A stretch of 64,000 nt of DNA from Callorhinchus milii (Eukaryota). This document shows, piece after piece, positions 62,498 through 64,000 of the stretch; within the stretch, counting starts at the first letter, position 1, and the number at the start of each line of letters is the position of its first letter. The translations under genes were made by a program, and so were the position numbers. The notes under the pieces were generated by a model. It saw only the letters and a program-made list of their open reading frames with translations, was not told the origin of the DNA and searched no databases. The stretch is from NCBI RefSeq assembly GCF_018977255.1, contig NW_024704743.1, forward strand, positions 8,806,001 through 8,870,000, in the 5' to 3' direction.

Positions 62498-64000
62498 GGC
62501 TTTCTTCACTGTGAAATTTTATTTGCCTTCTGCTGACAGTGAATGGTGGTGTTCTGTTCAGAGATGCTTTGTGAGAATTATAATAATAATAACAATCCTT
62601 GGCATTTGATATAACGCCTTATCACATCGCTGAGCCGTCTCAAAGCGCTTCACAGAATATACTGTAAAGTGAATTGACTAAATATTTTGTGGGCAAAACG
62701 CAGTAGCCAATTGCGTACAGCAGTGTCCAACAAAGTCATTAATTGAGTGATCAAATAATCTTTTTTTACTCATAGGAGAACCTAGTGATGCAGACAGGTT
62801 CCTTGGTAGTAGGTGTAGTGGGAAGTTTAGGAGGAACTTGTTTATGTAGGAGGTGGTTAGAATGTGGAACTCACTGTTAGCATAGTTAGCATCCATTTAT
62901 TTAAGAGAAAACTTGATTCGTACACGAGGGCGAAGGGAATAGATGAGGGGAATAGGATCATTGGGGACTTGTGTGGAGAATAATTACCAGTGCGGACTGG
63001 TTGGGTCGAATGCCCTGTTTCTATGCCATATCACTTTATGTAACTATGTTGGCTTATGTCAACTCTTTTTCAGTAAAGCAGTCCCTTTGCTCAATATGCA
63101 ATATTTCTGTTCTGCTGCCCAGAATACACCCACTGGCTTTTGAGATAAGGTAAAATAGCTATTAAACATCGAGTGTCATTCACCAGTCACCCAGTTCATT
63201 GTTCTGTATTTAATGTGGATTGGATTCTGCAGTTTGCCAAGTTCAGTTTGTCTGAGTGTTGGAACGTTCCCAGCTATCACTTTGCTACCTTGTCCACCTG
63301 CCAAATGTCGAGCAATTAAAGTGAGATCAAGTGAGCCGTTTTCTTTATTTTTCATCAGACTTTAGCTTTTTAACTTTACCAGAAGGATCTCCTTGCCTCT
63401 GGGGCTAACATCCCATCTTGGGGCTTGAGCTCATTGCTCAGACTGACACTCCAGTAGAGAATTTGGAGGGTGAGGCGGGGGAGCCTTGCATTGTCAGAAG
63501 TGTTGACTTTTGGATGAGACGTTAAACCAAGGCCCCGTCTCGCTATTAAGGTGGATGTTAAAGATTCCGTAACACTTTTTGAAGGAAATAGGACATCTCC
63601 GGGTGACCTGACCAACAATCCTCTACAGAAATTCTACATTCATCCATCTCATGGCTGTTTGTGGGAGCTTCATTGCTAGTGTAAATGGCTGCTGCATTTA
63701 TCTACAAATTCAGTGACTTACACTTGATAGTTGATTACTTGCAATGCACTCTGAGATGGTTTGATGCAATAAGGTGCTATCAAAATTATTTTATAAAAAA
63801 ATATTAAGGCAAACTGATTAAAAAGCGCTTTGGGACGTCCTCCCGACGTGAAAAGCGCTATATCAAATGCAAGGATTATTATTATTATTATTAAAAGGTT
63901 TATAGTATTAAAGGATTTCATAGAAATTGTTAAAGGACTTCATGGTCATGGTTACGGTACGTTTGTTTCTAACAACTTGTTAGCATTGGAATTTAGGAAT

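Larger units (their letters stand above)
1..64000 (-). other. NRP1: Neuropilin-1 gene body (partial; intron 4 to intron 12 by human numbering)
   Basis: Eight in-order, in-phase minus-strand exons translate to CUB2, two FV/FVIII domains and the linker. NRP1-type motifs include SKETKKQYY, RLNYPENAWTP and CHSGTGD. Exon sizes 156/167/156/145/332/145/-/60 match human NRP1 exons 5-10 and 12 as I recall them. Confidence 0.93.

Overview
Eukaryotic (vertebrate) genomic DNA. The whole window lies inside a neuropilin-1 (NRP1) gene on the minus strand. Eight consecutive coding exons, equivalent to human exons 5-12, were located by hand with canonical AG/GT ends and compatible phases: 41757-41912, 37567-37733, 28116-28271, 21075-21219, 18780-19111, 16593-16737, 14713-14805 and 11233-11292. 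They encode the end of CUB2 (a2), both FV/FVIII discoidin domains (b1, b2) and the b2-c linker. Exons 4 and 13 were not found and probably lie outside the window. The introns are densely filled with tRNA-derived SINEs (a tRNA-Ala-like/CORE-like family and a Deu-domain family sharing an L2-type tail), L2 and CR1 LINE fragments, a palindromic MITE-like family and other old repeats. This repeat set points to a cartilaginous fish, plausibly a chimaera such as the elephant shark (inference). Nearly all other ORFs in the track are repeat-derived or spurious. I see no evidence of a new multi-gene system. The most interesting observations are: conserved alternative-processing signals at exon 11 (internal donor 21 nt upstream; weak donor followed by a stop and AATAAA, i.e. 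a soluble decoy form); a very young nested L2 insertion; a 77-bp-arm hairpin near exon 9; the modular SINE architecture; and a decayed hammerhead-like Penelope-type repeat. Repeat coordinates are approximate.
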